Shown here piece by piece: positions 9,103-19,770 of a stretch of 64,000 nucleotides of DNA (positions are counted from its first letter, which is position 1; each line of letters begins with the position of its first letter). Location: the IMG/VR virus record IMGVR_UViG_3300043788_000040, positions 96,001-160,000 of that record; one strand, written 5' to 3'. Source of the DNA: a virus. The notes beneath the pieces are model-generated. The model had not been told where the DNA came from. It did no database searches and was given only the letters and a program-made list of their open reading frames with translations. The translations under genes were made by a program, and so were the position numbers.

Positions 9103-10244
9103 TGCCGACCCTGATAGCACAGCGACCCTCGCATTGGAATGATGTGATCGGTCAGACGAGAGCCTTAGATGTCCTTCAGGCTGCGTTGCGCAACCAGCGT
9201 TTCCTCAGCCGTGGGATCATCCTGCACGGTGTTGTTGGCGTTGGCAAGACCACCAGTGCCTACCTCGCAGCGAAGGCTCTCATGTGTACTGGGGAAGAGA
9301 CCTTGCTGGGCTGCGGGGAATGTCCTTCCTGCCTGCTCGTCCAGAGTGACGGCATTGACAAACACCCGGACTTCATTGAGATTGACGGCGCTGTCAAGCC
9401 CGGCGTGGAGGGCGCACGTGAAACCATTGAATCCACGCTCACACTCCCAGTCCTCGGCAAGCGCCGTGTGACGATCATTGACGAAGCACATTGGCTTAGC
9501 CCCGAGGCATGGAGCGCCTACCTCAAGACCTTAGAATCCGGCGAGACCGATTCCATCTTCCTGTTTGTGTCACAGGACTACGGCAGGATTCAGCCCAACA
9601 TCCGCTCACGCTGCATCCGCATCGCCTTTGATCGTGTGAACCTAGAGGTGCTTGTCGGACACCTTGCGAACGTCGCATCCAAGAACGAGATCGCCTGCGA
9701 CCTAGATGCCCTGAAGCTCATCGCCCGGCAAACTAAGGGCATCGTGCGGGATGCTGTCCAGTATCTCAACACGTGCGGAGCGCTAGGCGTTCGGGTGGAT
9801 GTGAAAGTCGTGCGGCAGGTGATTGACACGACACTGGACGACTTGTGCGAGAAGCTTCTCTTGACGCTGGCGGCACGGGATCAAGTCGGGGCAATAAAGC
9901 TGGCGGACGATCTTGTCCGCAAGGACATGCCCGGCAAGGTCGCCGAGCGCATGCTGTCCCTGTACAGCCGGGCGATCTACACCGATGACGCCCACCTCCG
10001 CAAGATATACCTCGGGCTGCCAGATGTCAGCGCCGTCGCCGGGGTGCTCATAAAGTGGGCTGCCGTGCAGCACGCCCCCGCCGACATCGTGACCATTATC
10101 GTGTACGAGCTTCTCCGCACGCAGAACGCCGTCAGGACGCACTCCGTGGCGTCTGCCCACCCCAAACCCCAGCCTACCCCCCAAATCACGCCTACGAGCC
10201 GGAAATCGTCATTAGAGGCTATGCTGGACGACGAGGCGGTCTGA
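9102..10244 (+). CDS. dnaX: DNA polymerase III gamma/tau (clamp loader) homologue
   Basis: RP..W.DVIGQ, Walker A GVVGVGKTT, Zn motif CGECPSC, DFIEIDGA, IIDEAH, IRSRC. Confidence 0.92.
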   Translation: MPTLIAQRPSHWNDVIGQTRALDVLQAALRNQRFLSRGIILHGVVGVGKTTSAYLAAKALMCTGEETLLGCGECPSCLLVQSDGIDKHPDFIEIDGAVKPGVEGARETIESTLTLPVLGKRRVTIIDEAHWLSPEAWSAYLKTLESGETDSIFLFVSQDYGRIQPNIRSRCIRIAFDRVNLEVLVGHLANVASKNEIACDLDALKLIARQTKGIVRDAVQYLNTCGALGVRVDVKVVRQVIDTTLDDLCEKLLLTLAARDQVGAIKLADDLVRKDMPGKVAERMLSLYSRAIYTDDAHLRKIYLGLPDVSAVAGVLIKWAAVQHAPADIVTIIVYELLRTQNAVRTHSVASAHPKPQPTPQITPTSRKSSLEAMLDDEAV

Positions 10245-10527
10245 TCATGCCCTATTTATGCGATTTTGTGTTCACAGGAAGACCGGATGTTTCCATGTTT
10301 AGTGCGGCTGAGCGTTCAAGGTTCGGGGGCACGGTCTGCCGCCGAGACAAATACCCCGATGCGGCGTGCTGCCCGGAGATCGCCACAGTCAAGCACAAGG
10401 GCTGGTGGCTGTGCGAGGAACATTACGATCTTGTGAAGACCACGGACGAGATTGGGTTTGAGGACGAGGACGGAATGATCACCTACCCCCACGAGATACT
10501 GCACCGAGATTTAGTGGACGGCAAGTT

Positions 10528-11292
10528 TTAGGGGATCGGGTGCGGTAATTCCCGCTTCTGGATCGCGGTTCGTGTAGCCGCAAGCGTTGCCCGAAGAGAG
10601 TCCTCGGGTAGGTGGCTTATGATCGGGTTCACGAGCCAGCGAAAGAGGAAAGGCACGTCACGGCTCAGCCCCACCGCTTCCAGTTCAATGTAAACCCCGC
10701 CGTCCGCTTCCTCAAAACTGGTGATGGTGTAAAGCCTCCAGACGTAACCCGGTCCTTGGTCAGGCGGGTCAAGTTGTTCGTCCGTCGTACCGAAGTTTTC
10801 CACCGCTTGCAGCTTGGTGCTCTGACTGATGCTATACCAGTGGGTGGGGTCTATTTGGAGGTACAGGGTTTCGTACTCCCCGTCTATCGCTGCCGTGGTG
10901 AAAGCCGTGTGTGTGACGGTGAGGATGGAGTAGTGGTCAATCATCCCCGTGGAGGCGAGTTCCTTGCCCCGGACGATGGACGGATTGAAGAAGCCCCCAC
11001 GTGCGGTGGCTAAAGCCTCGGTCATGGTGACACCGGGGATGAACACGACACCCGCCCAGTCGTGGATCAAGCCGTGAGGTACTTTGATGGGGTTCACCTC
11101 GGCGACGGGCCAGACGATGATCTGTCCGCTTTGCGCTTCGTTACGCTGCATCGGGGAGAGCTTGAGGGGTTGGTTGTGCTTGGCGACGATGTAAGCTGTC
11201 CAAGCTGCGAGAGTTTCGGGTTTCAGTTCCCCTGCGGAGACGTTCGGCACGAAAACAAGAACCAGCAGGAGAGGCAAAAATCTACGAAACAT
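10528..11292 (-). CDS. Secreted protein resembling an Acidobacteriota-type conserved hypothetical family
   Basis: Signal peptide; LKPETLAAW, GLIHDWAGVVFIPG, GYVWRL...DGGVYIELEAVGLSRDVP (family recalled, not searched). Confidence 0.7.
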   Translation of the reverse strand: MFRRFLPLLLVLVFVPNVSAGELKPETLAAWTAYIVAKHNQPLKLSPMQRNEAQSGQIIVWPVAEVNPIKVPHGLIHDWAGVVFIPGVTMTEALATARGGFFNPSIVRGKELASTGMIDHYSILTVTHTAFTTAAIDGEYETLYLQIDPTHWYSISQSTKLQAVENFGTTDEQLDPPDQGPGYVWRLYTITSFEEADGGVYIELEAVGLSRDVPFLFRWLVNPIISHLPEDSLRATLAATRTAIQKRELPHPIP

Positions 11293-11298
11293 AGAGGC

Positions 11299-11478
11299 CT
11301 ACCTTTCTGTGAGGTGCAGGGCTTTCTCACGGAAAAACCGCTCCAAGTTCTCATCCATCTCCACGTTCCCATCCGCCTCCCTCACAAGGTCATTGAACGC
11401 CCGCAGGGAAATGTGCCTCTCAACAAGCAAATAGAGAAGCTGGATCAGGCGGTCGTTTACCTTGCGTGGAGTTGCCAT
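11299..11478 (-). CDS. Small hypothetical protein (59 aa, not in track)
   Basis: MATPRKVNDRLIQLLY...LHLTER read from sequence. Confidence 0.45.
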   Translation of the reverse strand: MATPRKVNDRLIQLLYLLVERHISLRAFNDLVREADGNVEMDENLERFFREKALHLTER

Positions 11479-11556
11479 CCCTTCATGATACTGCCCTTAC
11501 AAGGGTAAATCAACCCCGAAAAAGGTAATTTTTCCCTGTATCGGGTATCTATATCC

Positions 11557-12867
11557 ATGATCCTAGAGTACGGAGATGTGTCCAAGCTTCAGGGAACGAA
11601 TTGGTTCATGATGGAATTGAGGTCTGAGAAGACCATCGAATCCACCATGCGCCGTGTCGGCAAGCAGCTTTCCGGCATCTTCCGCCACGACCCCATAGAA
11701 ATTTTCATCCCAGTCGTCAAGCGCGATCTGGACGTGTTTGAACTCAGCACCGGGCCTTACGTGTTCGTCCGCAGCACCAGCTTCAACGCCCTGCTTCGGC
11801 TCAAGAGCATCACGGGAGTTGTCAGCTTGGTCACCGAGGGTGATACCAACCGCCCGAACAAGGCGATCTCAGTTGAAGACACTTACGTCCAAGGTTTGAT
11901 CAAGCAGGCTGAGGAAGAGCACCGCAAGCGCGCCATCGGCATTGAAGTGGGGAGCTTTGTCCGCATCCTGAACGGCGAGACCCGTGACTTCTGCGGTGAA
12001 GTTGAGATCATCGGCGACGGCAAGGCAGTGATCCGTGTCACGCTCCGCACCAAGTCCATCCTGCTAGAAACCCCGGTACGAAACCTTTTGAACCTCTCCC
12101 ATGTCCCCAAAGAACAGCGTGTCTATTACTACAGCCCGCTCGTAGAGGAACTGTTCAAGGACAACCCAACCGCCGCGACCGCGATGGTGGAGGAAGACCT
12201 GCACTTGGACGAGGCGACTCCGATGCCGGAGCAGGTTGAAGTGCAGCCGACCGAGGAGCCGAAGAAGCACTCACGCCAACGCACCGTTACCGCACTGGTC
12301 AAGAAGCTCGTCCTAATTGAAGGACTGCACACGCCTCTGGAGATCGCCAAGGCGGTCGTCCACGCTCTGCGCACCAAAGAGATCAGGGCACCGAAGAATC
12401 TGTTCATCGTGTACTGCATCATCAAGGACAGACTCCGGCAGGACTACTTCGCCAAGATTGATCCGAGCCTCTCCAACTACCGTGAGATCATCAAGAAGTA
12501 CGGCAAGGACTACAAGTTCAGCGCCCAGCAGATCGCCAAGATAGACCCCGACCTCGGCGTCCCCGTGCAGACCGTAGACGTATGCAAGGACGGTCGCAGC
12601 CGGGAGGCTCGTCAGAAGTCCAAGACAAAGATTCAGCCAGCGTCGGAGGTCAAGAAGCTAGCGGCGAAGAGCAAGCAGGACAAGGACAAAAAGAAGAAGG
12701 GTCCGACCGACAAGTGCGGCGAATGCTTCCACGAACGCAAAGCGCACAAGCTGTCCCCGAAAGGCGCATGGATGCGCTGCACCGGAGTATCAAACCATGA
12801 TATTCACCCTTGGGTCAAGGAACGTGGCCCCTGCTGGTGCAAGAGGTTTAAGGAGAAGGAGAAATAG
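11557..12867 (+). CDS. NusG/RfaH-family transcription elongation factor with long C-terminal extension
   Basis: NGN-like WF...IEIFIP...GPYVFV...LKSITGVVSLV and KOW IEVGSFVRILNGETRDFCGEVE. Confidence 0.85.
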   Translation: MILEYGDVSKLQGTNWFMMELRSEKTIESTMRRVGKQLSGIFRHDPIEIFIPVVKRDLDVFELSTGPYVFVRSTSFNALLRLKSITGVVSLVTEGDTNRPNKAISVEDTYVQGLIKQAEEEHRKRAIGIEVGSFVRILNGETRDFCGEVEIIGDGKAVIRVTLRTKSILLETPVRNLLNLSHVPKEQRVYYYSPLVEELFKDNPTAATAMVEEDLHLDEATPMPEQVEVQPTEEPKKHSRQRTVTALVKKLVLIEGLHTPLEIAKAVVHALRTKEIRAPKNLFIVYCIIKDRLRQDYFAKIDPSLSNYREIIKKYGKDYKFSAQQIAKIDPDLGVPVQTVDVCKDGRSREARQKSKTKIQPASEVKKLAAKSKQDKDKKKKGPTDKCGECFHERKAHKLSPKGAWMRCTGVSNHDIHPWVKERGPCWCKRFKEKEK

Positions 12868-12897
12868 GGCTTTTAAGGCTTTATTAGAGGTACATTT

Positions 12898-13689
12898 ATG
12901 CCATCAATCGCACCCATAACCGGGGGAGAGTTGGGGAAGATTCGGTCTTTCCTGATTGACCACGAGAAACTACTCATCGTTGTCATCGCCGCTGTTCTAA
13001 TCTTCGCCGGGTACGTCAAGGTCACCAACATCATCGCCGCACACGACGAGGCGCAGCTTAAACAGGCGCAGATCGTGGCAAACGCTCAGCAAGCCGCCAA
13101 CGTGCAGCTTGCGCAGCAGGCAGCACAGAACGCACAACAGATCGCGCAGGACAAGGCACAGCTTCAGGCTTTATCCGACAAACTGACCGCCCAGAACCAG
13201 CAGCTTGTGAACGCCAACACGGCGCTCGCAACTGCCCTGACAAAGCAGCAGAAGACTGACGCCTCACTTCCAGTCCCCGCGCTCGTTGACCGCTGGGCGC
13301 AACTTGCGCCAGGCACCAACTTCACCGGGGCAATAGGTTCCGGCAACAACGTAGAGGTCACGCCGTCCAACGCCTTGGCGACCGTGCAGCAGCTTGAGAA
13401 GGTTCCCGTCTTGACGCAGCAGCTTGCGAACGAGACGACTGAGAAGATCAACGACGACCAGCTTATCACGCAGCAGGGGAAGAGCATCTTTGACCTGAAC
13501 GGCCAAGTGGGCACGCTGAACGCATCCATCGTGGGGCTGAACAAGCAGATCGTGGACAACAACGCAGTGTGCCAAGACCAGATCAAGGTGGTCAAGGCCG
13601 AGGCGTCCAAGTCCAAGCGACGCTGGTTTATCATCGGCTTCGTGACTGGCTTTATTAGTCGCCAGTTGTTGATAGGAAAAACTTTGTAA
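12898..13689 (+). CDS. Membrane-anchored Q/N-rich coiled-coil protein (spanin-like role possible)
   Basis: N-terminal and C-terminal hydrophobic segments flank long heptad repeats. Confidence 0.6.
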   Translation: MPSIAPITGGELGKIRSFLIDHEKLLIVVIAAVLIFAGYVKVTNIIAAHDEAQLKQAQIVANAQQAANVQLAQQAAQNAQQIAQDKAQLQALSDKLTAQNQQLVNANTALATALTKQQKTDASLPVPALVDRWAQLAPGTNFTGAIGSGNNVEVTPSNALATVQQLEKVPVLTQQLANETTEKINDDQLITQQGKSIFDLNGQVGTLNASIVGLNKQIVDNNAVCQDQIKVVKAEASKSKRRWFIIGFVTGFISRQLLIGKTL

Positions 13690-13719
13690 GGCAGTATTAA
13701 ATCGCTGAGGAGCACCAAA

Positions 13720-14043
13720 ATGAAGATAGTGTTTTTGCTGGACAACAACGAGTACGTTGAAGTTGCACCGGAGAAGTTGCAGATCAGGCAGATCGCGCCA
13801 GGTCAGTCCGCTCTCGGTATTGAAGTCACGGTTCCTGTGCGCAAGGAAGACGGCACGCCCGAGACGAACGAAGACGGCAGCGCCAAGTTGCAGACCGGGT
13901 TCCGCCCGTTCATCAACTACGCGGTGGACCTGACGGTTCCAAAGCCTGCTGAAGCCCCAGCGGCAACCCCGGTTGCGGAAGAAAAGACCGCCCCGAAAGC
14001 TGCAAAGTCCAAGAGCAAGGCTGCAAAGCGTCGCTCAAATTGA
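13720..14043 (+). CDS. Hypothetical protein with K/A-rich tail
   Basis: GAGGAG RBS; GTATTA at 13694. Confidence 0.75.
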   Translation: MKIVFLLDNNEYVEVAPEKLQIRQIAPGQSALGIEVTVPVRKEDGTPETNEDGSAKLQTGFRPFINYAVDLTVPKPAEAPAATPVAEEKTAPKAAKSKSKAAKRRSN

Positions 14044-14259
14044 TCGAGGGCTAAGTGGCTGCCGTATATACACTTGACCCCGAATTAGGATGGGTGCCAG
14101 CAATACCGGAACCATTCTGGTACAGGGGTTGGCGCACGCTGTTTCGCTACCGCCCGGCTTGCTACCAGTGCAAGAAGGGCAAACAGCCGACGATCTTCAA
14201 GACGCGGCATGAGTGGCAGACGCACTACGTGCTGAGCCACCTCCAAGGGGATTGGAAAG

Positions 14260-14874
14260 ATGAAGGTCACCAAAACTTCCGTTCATAGGCTCACCATTGA
14301 AAAAACTTGCGGCTGCCAAGCCACCCGCGAGTACGAGGACGTCCGCTATACCAAGCCTGTTGCGGAAGGCGTGTTCACCGCGTGCGAGAAGCACGAGAAG
14401 AACAAGCTGATTGCCGAGTTCGCCGGGGAGATGCTGATTGAGGCGCTTGACAAGGAAGCCGAGACTGCTGGCAAGACCGTAGTCGCCTCCGTCCGAGAGA
14501 CCGCCACAGCTTTGTCTGGTACCAGCGGCGGAAGCGTCACATCTATGGGCGCACCAAACGTCCCGAAGAGTCGGGAGAAGGTGGACCCTCTGAAACCCAA
14601 GACCGCACACTTTGACCGACCTGACCCACGGCGTCCCAGCAACACATCCCCCACAGGGAACCTGAACCTTGCCCAGCATGAAGACATCTCCGACGAGGAG
14701 TTGCAGGAGCAAGGTATTACCATGACCGGAGACATTGACGGCGTCCCAGTAGACCCGAGGGTTGACCAAGCACTAGGCGAGGGTCTCCGTGACCTTGAGA
14801 ACATCTTTGACGATGAAGACGCCAAGGCTGGCGGCGTGTCGCAAAAGCTGATCAACATCCAAGCTGTAGACTAA
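14260..14874 (+). CDS. Hypothetical protein
   Basis: Long ORF with coding-like codon usage. Confidence 0.75.
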   Translation: MKVTKTSVHRLTIEKTCGCQATREYEDVRYTKPVAEGVFTACEKHEKNKLIAEFAGEMLIEALDKEAETAGKTVVASVRETATALSGTSGGSVTSMGAPNVPKSREKVDPLKPKTAHFDRPDPRRPSNTSPTGNLNLAQHEDISDEELQEQGITMTGDIDGVPVDPRVDQALGEGLRDLENIFDDEDAKAGGVSQKLINIQAVD

Positions 14875-15003
14875 TTCCCTAAACCTGTTACAATCAAGAC
14901 ATGAACGCACCGAAACCAGACCCGGTTGAGGAGTGCATAGAATACCTGCGCCAACACGGGGACTATTTTGGCGTGAGCCTACTCAAGGCATGGCGGGTGG
15001 AAC

Positions 15004-15366
15004 GTGGACAAAAAGACGCCGAAGATTCTGAACGCACACGCAAAGAAACGGGCGGAGGAGAGGTACGGTCTTAACCTCAACAAAGAAGCCCGGCACGAGA
15101 TCGTGCAAATGATCCAGACGAACCAAGCTGAGTTCGTCGGCAAGCAAAGCAACAACCGCACGCTCTGGCGTGTCACGTACCAAGATCAGCCCCTCAACGT
15201 CGTCTACGACAAAGCACGGAGCACCATGTGTACCGTGCTTCCGAAAGAGGCGCACGAGTTTCAAGAAGGCGGATGGGTAGAGCCGGAACACGAACATTCC
15301 ACTTCTGCGCAGAGCCGTGCCGACATCACAGCGGAATTGAAAGAACTTTGGAAGGATACCGAATGA
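15004..15366 (+). CDS. Hypothetical protein (HA..RA.ER motif as in RelE/BECR-like folds)
   Basis: NAHAKKRAEERYG...VVYDK...TVLP pattern. Confidence 0.55.
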   Translation: MDKKTPKILNAHAKKRAEERYGLNLNKEARHEIVQMIQTNQAEFVGKQSNNRTLWRVTYQDQPLNVVYDKARSTMCTVLPKEAHEFQEGGWVEPEHEHSTSAQSRADITAELKELWKDTE

Positions 15367-15797
15367 ATTTCCTCTACTATTTTGCGGCGGCAATCCTCGG
15401 GCACTTCGTGGGTGATTACATCTTCCAGAACCAGTGGATGGCTATTGGTAAGTCACAACCCGGAAGGCTGGGGCACGTCGCTTGCACCGTCCACGTCCTG
15501 CTTTACACGTTCGCCGTGGCGCTGCTCACGGGTTGGCACCCGCTGTTCCTGCTCGTGGTTGCGGTGCCGCACTGGATCATTGACCGCTGGAGCCTTGCGA
15601 CCTATATTCTGTGGCTCAAGAACGGCTACTCCCCTTGGACGGCGTGGGATAAGACCCAGCCGACCGATGTAGCGGAGGAAAGACTGGTCAAGAACGTGTG
15701 GAAGGTTTCATTCGCCGCCCCGGTTTACATCTTCAACGACAACACCCTGCATTGGGTGTGCCTGTGGTTCACCTGCAAGTACTTCTTTCACGGTTAG
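15363..15797 (+). CDS. DUF3307-like membrane protein
   Basis: HFVGDYIFQ...HVLLY...HWIIDR...DNTLH conserved His/Asp pattern. Confidence 0.8.
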   Translation: MNFLYYFAAAILGHFVGDYIFQNQWMAIGKSQPGRLGHVACTVHVLLYTFAVALLTGWHPLFLLVVAVPHWIIDRWSLATYILWLKNGYSPWTAWDKTQPTDVAEERLVKNVWKVSFAAPVYIFNDNTLHWVCLWFTCKYFFHG

Positions 15798-16321
15798 TGT
15801 CGGGTGCGAATCGGTTCGTACTGTGTCGCTGGTTGCATACCTTCCGGCGCATCAAAGGGTTCGTGAATCTCGCCGTTGGACTCAGCTTCCAAGCGGTCTA
15901 GCGCCTCACGGCGCATCTGATCGTTGTGGGTGTCTGAGGAATCCAGTCGGGTGCTGAACAGTGCCGCCACTGTCAGAAGGATAAAGACCAAGAGCAGTTT
16001 GCCGACGTTGTTCCACACGAATCGCAGTGCGCTGTCAACTGAGGACGACCCGGTCGTGCTTGGGGCAATCAAGGCGTCGTCGCCGTTGGAGTAGCCGTTG
16101 GCTTGCACGATATGCTGTGCTAGATACCAATCCGCATCCCGTTGCACGGTGACATCGTTCGGAGTCCAAGTCACGACTCTATTGACGCTTGGCTTCGTCA
16201 CAGCAGACATGATTCCGGGCGTAGGAATAAACCCGTGGTCAATGCCAGCCTTGAGTCCGATCACGGTCAGCATCATCAGGATGAAAGCGAAAACCATCTT
16301 GGGGAAAGGTTTCATGTTCAC
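15794..16321 (-). CDS. Hypothetical membrane protein
   Basis: Two TM segments; coupled minus-strand operon. Confidence 0.65.
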   Translation of the reverse strand: MNMKPFPKMVFAFILMMLTVIGLKAGIDHGFIPTPGIMSAVTKPSVNRVVTWTPNDVTVQRDADWYLAQHIVQANGYSNGDDALIAPSTTGSSSVDSALRFVWNNVGKLLLVFILLTVAALFSTRLDSSDTHNDQMRREALDRLEAESNGEIHEPFDAPEGMQPATQYEPIRTRH

Positions 16322-16689
16322 AGGATTGGCTCCTCTTCTTCCGGCTCCGGTTCGTCGTCGGGTTCTGGCTCTTCGTCGTATTCCTCGTCAAATTCGTCTT
16401 CCGAGACGTAGTGTCCTTCAACGGTGCAGACTTCACGCCCCTCAAAGCGGCTGAGAATGTCCAGCAGGATTGCTGTGCGCCCAGAGTTGCTGACTACCCA
16501 ATGGTAGACCAGTTGGGCGAACACCAAGGCTAGAATGAAATCAACGGCAGTGGCGTACTCTACGTGTCGGGCGTCAATGCCGACCAGCCGGGGAATGAGG
16601 CTCTCGGCGACGGCAAGACCGCAGCCTACCAGCCAAACAATGAACAGTCTCGGGTACTGCTGAACATTCATTCTGAATCGTGTGAACAT
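16318..16689 (-). CDS. Hypothetical membrane protein with acidic tail
   Basis: Two TM segments; overlaps neighbours. Confidence 0.65.
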   Translation of the reverse strand: MFTRFRMNVQQYPRLFIVWLVGCGLAVAESLIPRLVGIDARHVEYATAVDFILALVFAQLVYHWVVSNSGRTAILLDILSRFEGREVCTVEGHYVSEDEFDEEYDEEPEPDDEPEPEEEEPIL

Positions 16690-17414
16690 TATCGGCTCTC
16701 CCTTTCAATTTGAACTCGGAATTTGTTGTAGGCGACGCTGAACGCTTGCTTCTCGTCTAGTTCGCCGTCTTGGTAGTAGTTCTCGGGGGCTTCGGACTTG
16801 TACGTGATAATGCGTGCCCGAATCATAGCATCAACCTCGCTGGTGTTGTCCGTGATCGGGGCGGGGGCTGCGCTGCCGCTTGCTTGCACCGCTGGTTTCG
16901 GCTGGCGTGCGGAGCCGTCAAAGTTCAGGTTGTGCGAGGCGGCTGCGCCAGAAGCGATCACAGTCACGACGGCTGCTGCCAAACCCATCATCTGGATACA
17001 ATCAGGTCCAAAGCCGGATGCGATAGACTCAGGCACGGTCAGCTTTTTACCGCAGCGACCGCACTTGCCTTCGTGCCAGACTTCAAAGCCGCACATGGTG
17101 TCCGCTTGGAGCGATTCAAAAACAAATTGGAAGCCGACGAGGGACGGCGCATCTTGGGCGACCTTGGACTTTCCAGTCCAACGAAATTGGTTGTTCTTGA
17201 TCATGCCGATGTACTTGTAGTTCGCCCAATTGTCGGGTCCCATCAGGAGACTCACGAACCAAGTGTCGGTGTCGTTCGGGTTGCGCTTGTCGGCTTGCTC
17301 AATTTTGTAGGTATAGCGGTTACCGCTCTTGAGGCTCACGAGGGTGACGAATGCTTTGCCGCCAAGAATGAAGGTCAAGGCTGCCTTTGGGTCGGTGATT
17401 TGTCCCTGCGTCAT
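16689..17414 (-). CDS. DUF6011-like zinc-finger protein
   Basis: CGRCGKKLTVPESIASGFGPDC; GGAGG RBS before ATG at 17414. Confidence 0.8.
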   Translation of the reverse strand: MTQGQITDPKAALTFILGGKAFVTLVSLKSGNRYTYKIEQADKRNPNDTDTWFVSLLMGPDNWANYKYIGMIKNNQFRWTGKSKVAQDAPSLVGFQFVFESLQADTMCGFEVWHEGKCGRCGKKLTVPESIASGFGPDCIQMMGLAAAVVTVIASGAAASHNLNFDGSARQPKPAVQASGSAAPAPITDNTSEVDAMIRARIITYKSEAPENYYQDGELDEKQAFSVAYNKFRVQIERESR

Positions 17415-17527
17415 TGTTTCCCTCCACATGAAGTATACAGCGGGGCACTCGGAAACGTCCATTTTCATGTCTTTTATTTTCAACAGTTTGCAACTAAAAA
17501 CGTCACCGGGGCGCTGAAGTGCATCTT

Positions 17528-18241
17528 ATGGGTATGAGAACGTTCGCAGCGCTTATGCTTCTTCTGTGCTTCCCCGCCGTTGTGACGGCTCGGAAACACC
17601 AGAAGCGCAAGCCCGTGATAGTGGACAACCGCTTATTCGTGGGCACGTCCGAGAGCTTGATCTCGCAGAACGAGGCGATAGATGCGATGGGTCTCCCCCG
17701 CATCCGTGATGATAAGCAGCTTCGGTCGCTGATCGGTGAAGAAGCACTCGTGCCTGTGACCTTGAACCAGTACGTCATAATCTCCCCTAAACTGGAAGTG
17801 AAGCGCCGCTACGTCAATCCACTCGTCAATGAGTTCCTTCAGGAACTCGGGCAAGAATACTATGCACAGTTCGGTAAGCCGATCCAAGTCAATTCCGCTG
17901 TCCGTACTGTGCGAACACAGCTAAGTCTCCTGCGCTGGAACCGCAATGCGGCTCCCATTCACGGAGAAAAAGCAAGCGCACACCTCGCAGGCGTCGCAGT
18001 GGACTTGCAGCGCCGAGGTTTGACGACGGAACAGATCAGGTTCCTTCAGCAAAAGCTCTTGCCTTTCGCAAGGGCGGACATGATAATCGTTGAGGAAGAA
18101 ATAAAGGAACCGTGCTTTCATATCGTGGTGACAGGGAACTATCCGAACCCGCTGCCTCCCGATTTGCCGACCGCATTGCCGTTTATTGACCCGCTGCTCT
18201 TGCAGCAAACCCAACCGGAGGCACCGAATGAACTTCACTAA
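17528..18241 (+). CDS. DUF5715/peptidase M15-like secreted cell-wall peptidase
   Basis: Signal peptide; VNSAVRT, SAH.AGVAVDL, EPCFHIVV metal-ligand pattern. Confidence 0.75.
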   Translation: MGMRTFAALMLLLCFPAVVTARKHQKRKPVIVDNRLFVGTSESLISQNEAIDAMGLPRIRDDKQLRSLIGEEALVPVTLNQYVIISPKLEVKRRYVNPLVNEFLQELGQEYYAQFGKPIQVNSAVRTVRTQLSLLRWNRNAAPIHGEKASAHLAGVAVDLQRRGLTTEQIRFLQQKLLPFARADMIIVEEEIKEPCFHIVVTGNYPNPLPPDLPTALPFIDPLLLQQTQPEAPNELH

Positions 18242-18704
18242 AATTCCGACGAACCACGTCTGGACGGGAGAACAGATTCAGGAACTCCTAGACACACAGG
18301 TCAAGTACAAAGACTGGGTCTTCGTCGTGCAGGAAGAAAAAGTCGCCGAGACGATTGAGTTGCTGGGGTCGGGCGTCACCATCGCTGGCGACATTGACAT
18401 CCACATCCGTGCCGAGTGGTTTGCCCCGGATAATGTCACCGGAGAGATGGGAAAGCAGACGTCACGCTGGTGGAGGGTGTCAAAGCATTCCCGCAAGAAT
18501 GAGATCATCGCCGCAGCCTTTGCGTGCATCCAAAGAGCAGAGGAGCACGAGATGCGTGAGTGCTTCAAGTACCTGTTTAAGGGCCAGTGGACGATGCCGT
18601 ACAACACCCACACCGACGTGGACGAGCTTGCCGACGCTTCGCTGCACTTGGACGTTCGCACCGACACTCGCCCGGAAGCGCCGAAGAACCAGAGGAGAGA
18701 TTGA
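18228..18704 (+). CDS. Hypothetical phage protein
   Basis: GGAGG RBS; motif AEEHEMRECFKY. Confidence 0.75.
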   Translation: MNFTKIPTNHVWTGEQIQELLDTQVKYKDWVFVVQEEKVAETIELLGSGVTIAGDIDIHIRAEWFAPDNVTGEMGKQTSRWWRVSKHSRKNEIIAAAFACIQRAEEHEMRECFKYLFKGQWTMPYNTHTDVDELADASLHLDVRTDTRPEAPKNQRRD

Positions 18705-19389
18705 TGTTCACCCACGGGGAACAACTGGCGCATGGCGAGAAGCTTGTCGCTGTGGCTGGGAAATGGGCGGAAGAAAAGGGCTTCGGTTCAACGAAGACTG
18801 TTTACGCCAAAACCTTCGCAGCGGCGCTCTCTGCTGTACAGGACATGGGGCCGAGCATGCTCACCTTTGACGAGATGAGAGAGCTTACCGAAGTCCTTGC
18901 AAAGGTGGAGTGATGGAAGACGGACACAGTTGCCAGACGATTTTGGCACGCAGGATGGCGGAACAATTCTACGACATCCCCATCGCTGTAACCGTGTTTG
19001 GCGACAAAGTTTACGGGGCGTATATCGGCAACTGGAGGCCCTATGAGTTGACCGCCTATACGCCGATGATTGCGACGCTGGCAATTGAGATGGGGCTGTT
19101 TAGCAACTCGCAGCCCGGCGAGATTGACGGCAAAGAAGTGACATGGTGGAGGAACCGACGTGCCTAATTGCCCAGTAAAGACGTTAGCTGAACGGATGGA
19201 TGATGAGCACAACCCCAGCACTCGCTGGGAGTTCATCGTAGGCAAGGCGCTGAAGGATTGGGCGACGGCTCTGATGCAGTTCGGCATGACCCGAGACGAG
19301 GCACGAGTGCATGTGCTCTCCGAGATCAAGCGTGAAACAGAGCGTATCAAGTTTGATTACGAGGAAAAGAAGAAGGGAGGATTAGTAAA

Positions 19390-19770
19390 ATGAACGGCTT
19401 CAAAATTGAACTCAACGAGTTCGTGGCGAGCGCCTTGCTTATCACCATCGCGGCGGTTACCGTGGGCTACTGGCAGACGCACCGACCCGCAGAGGTCATC
19501 AAGGAGGCGACGGTCAAGGTGGAGACGCAGTACATCCCCGCCCCAGCGGCGAAGGTCAATGTCCGCGTGATCTACCCGAAACTGAAGCCTCAGACGGACA
19601 TGTTCATTCAGCCGACCCCGCAGGATCAGTTGAACCTGCCGCCGACGCAACCATTGCCGCAGGCGCAGCCAAGGGTTTGGAACAACGACAACATGCTTCG
19701 CGCCTCCGATCCGCCGACGTTTGAACATCGGACGCCGAAGATTACGGCATCGCTCAGGGACAGTCAGTGA
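19390..19770 (+). CDS. Membrane-anchored Pro/Gln-rich protein
   Basis: N-terminal TM; GGAGG RBS. Confidence 0.6.
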   Translation: MNGFKIELNEFVASALLITIAAVTVGYWQTHRPAEVIKEATVKVETQYIPAPAAKVNVRVIYPKLKPQTDMFIQPTPQDQLNLPPTQPLPQAQPRVWNNDNMLRASDPPTFEHRTPKITASLRDSQ

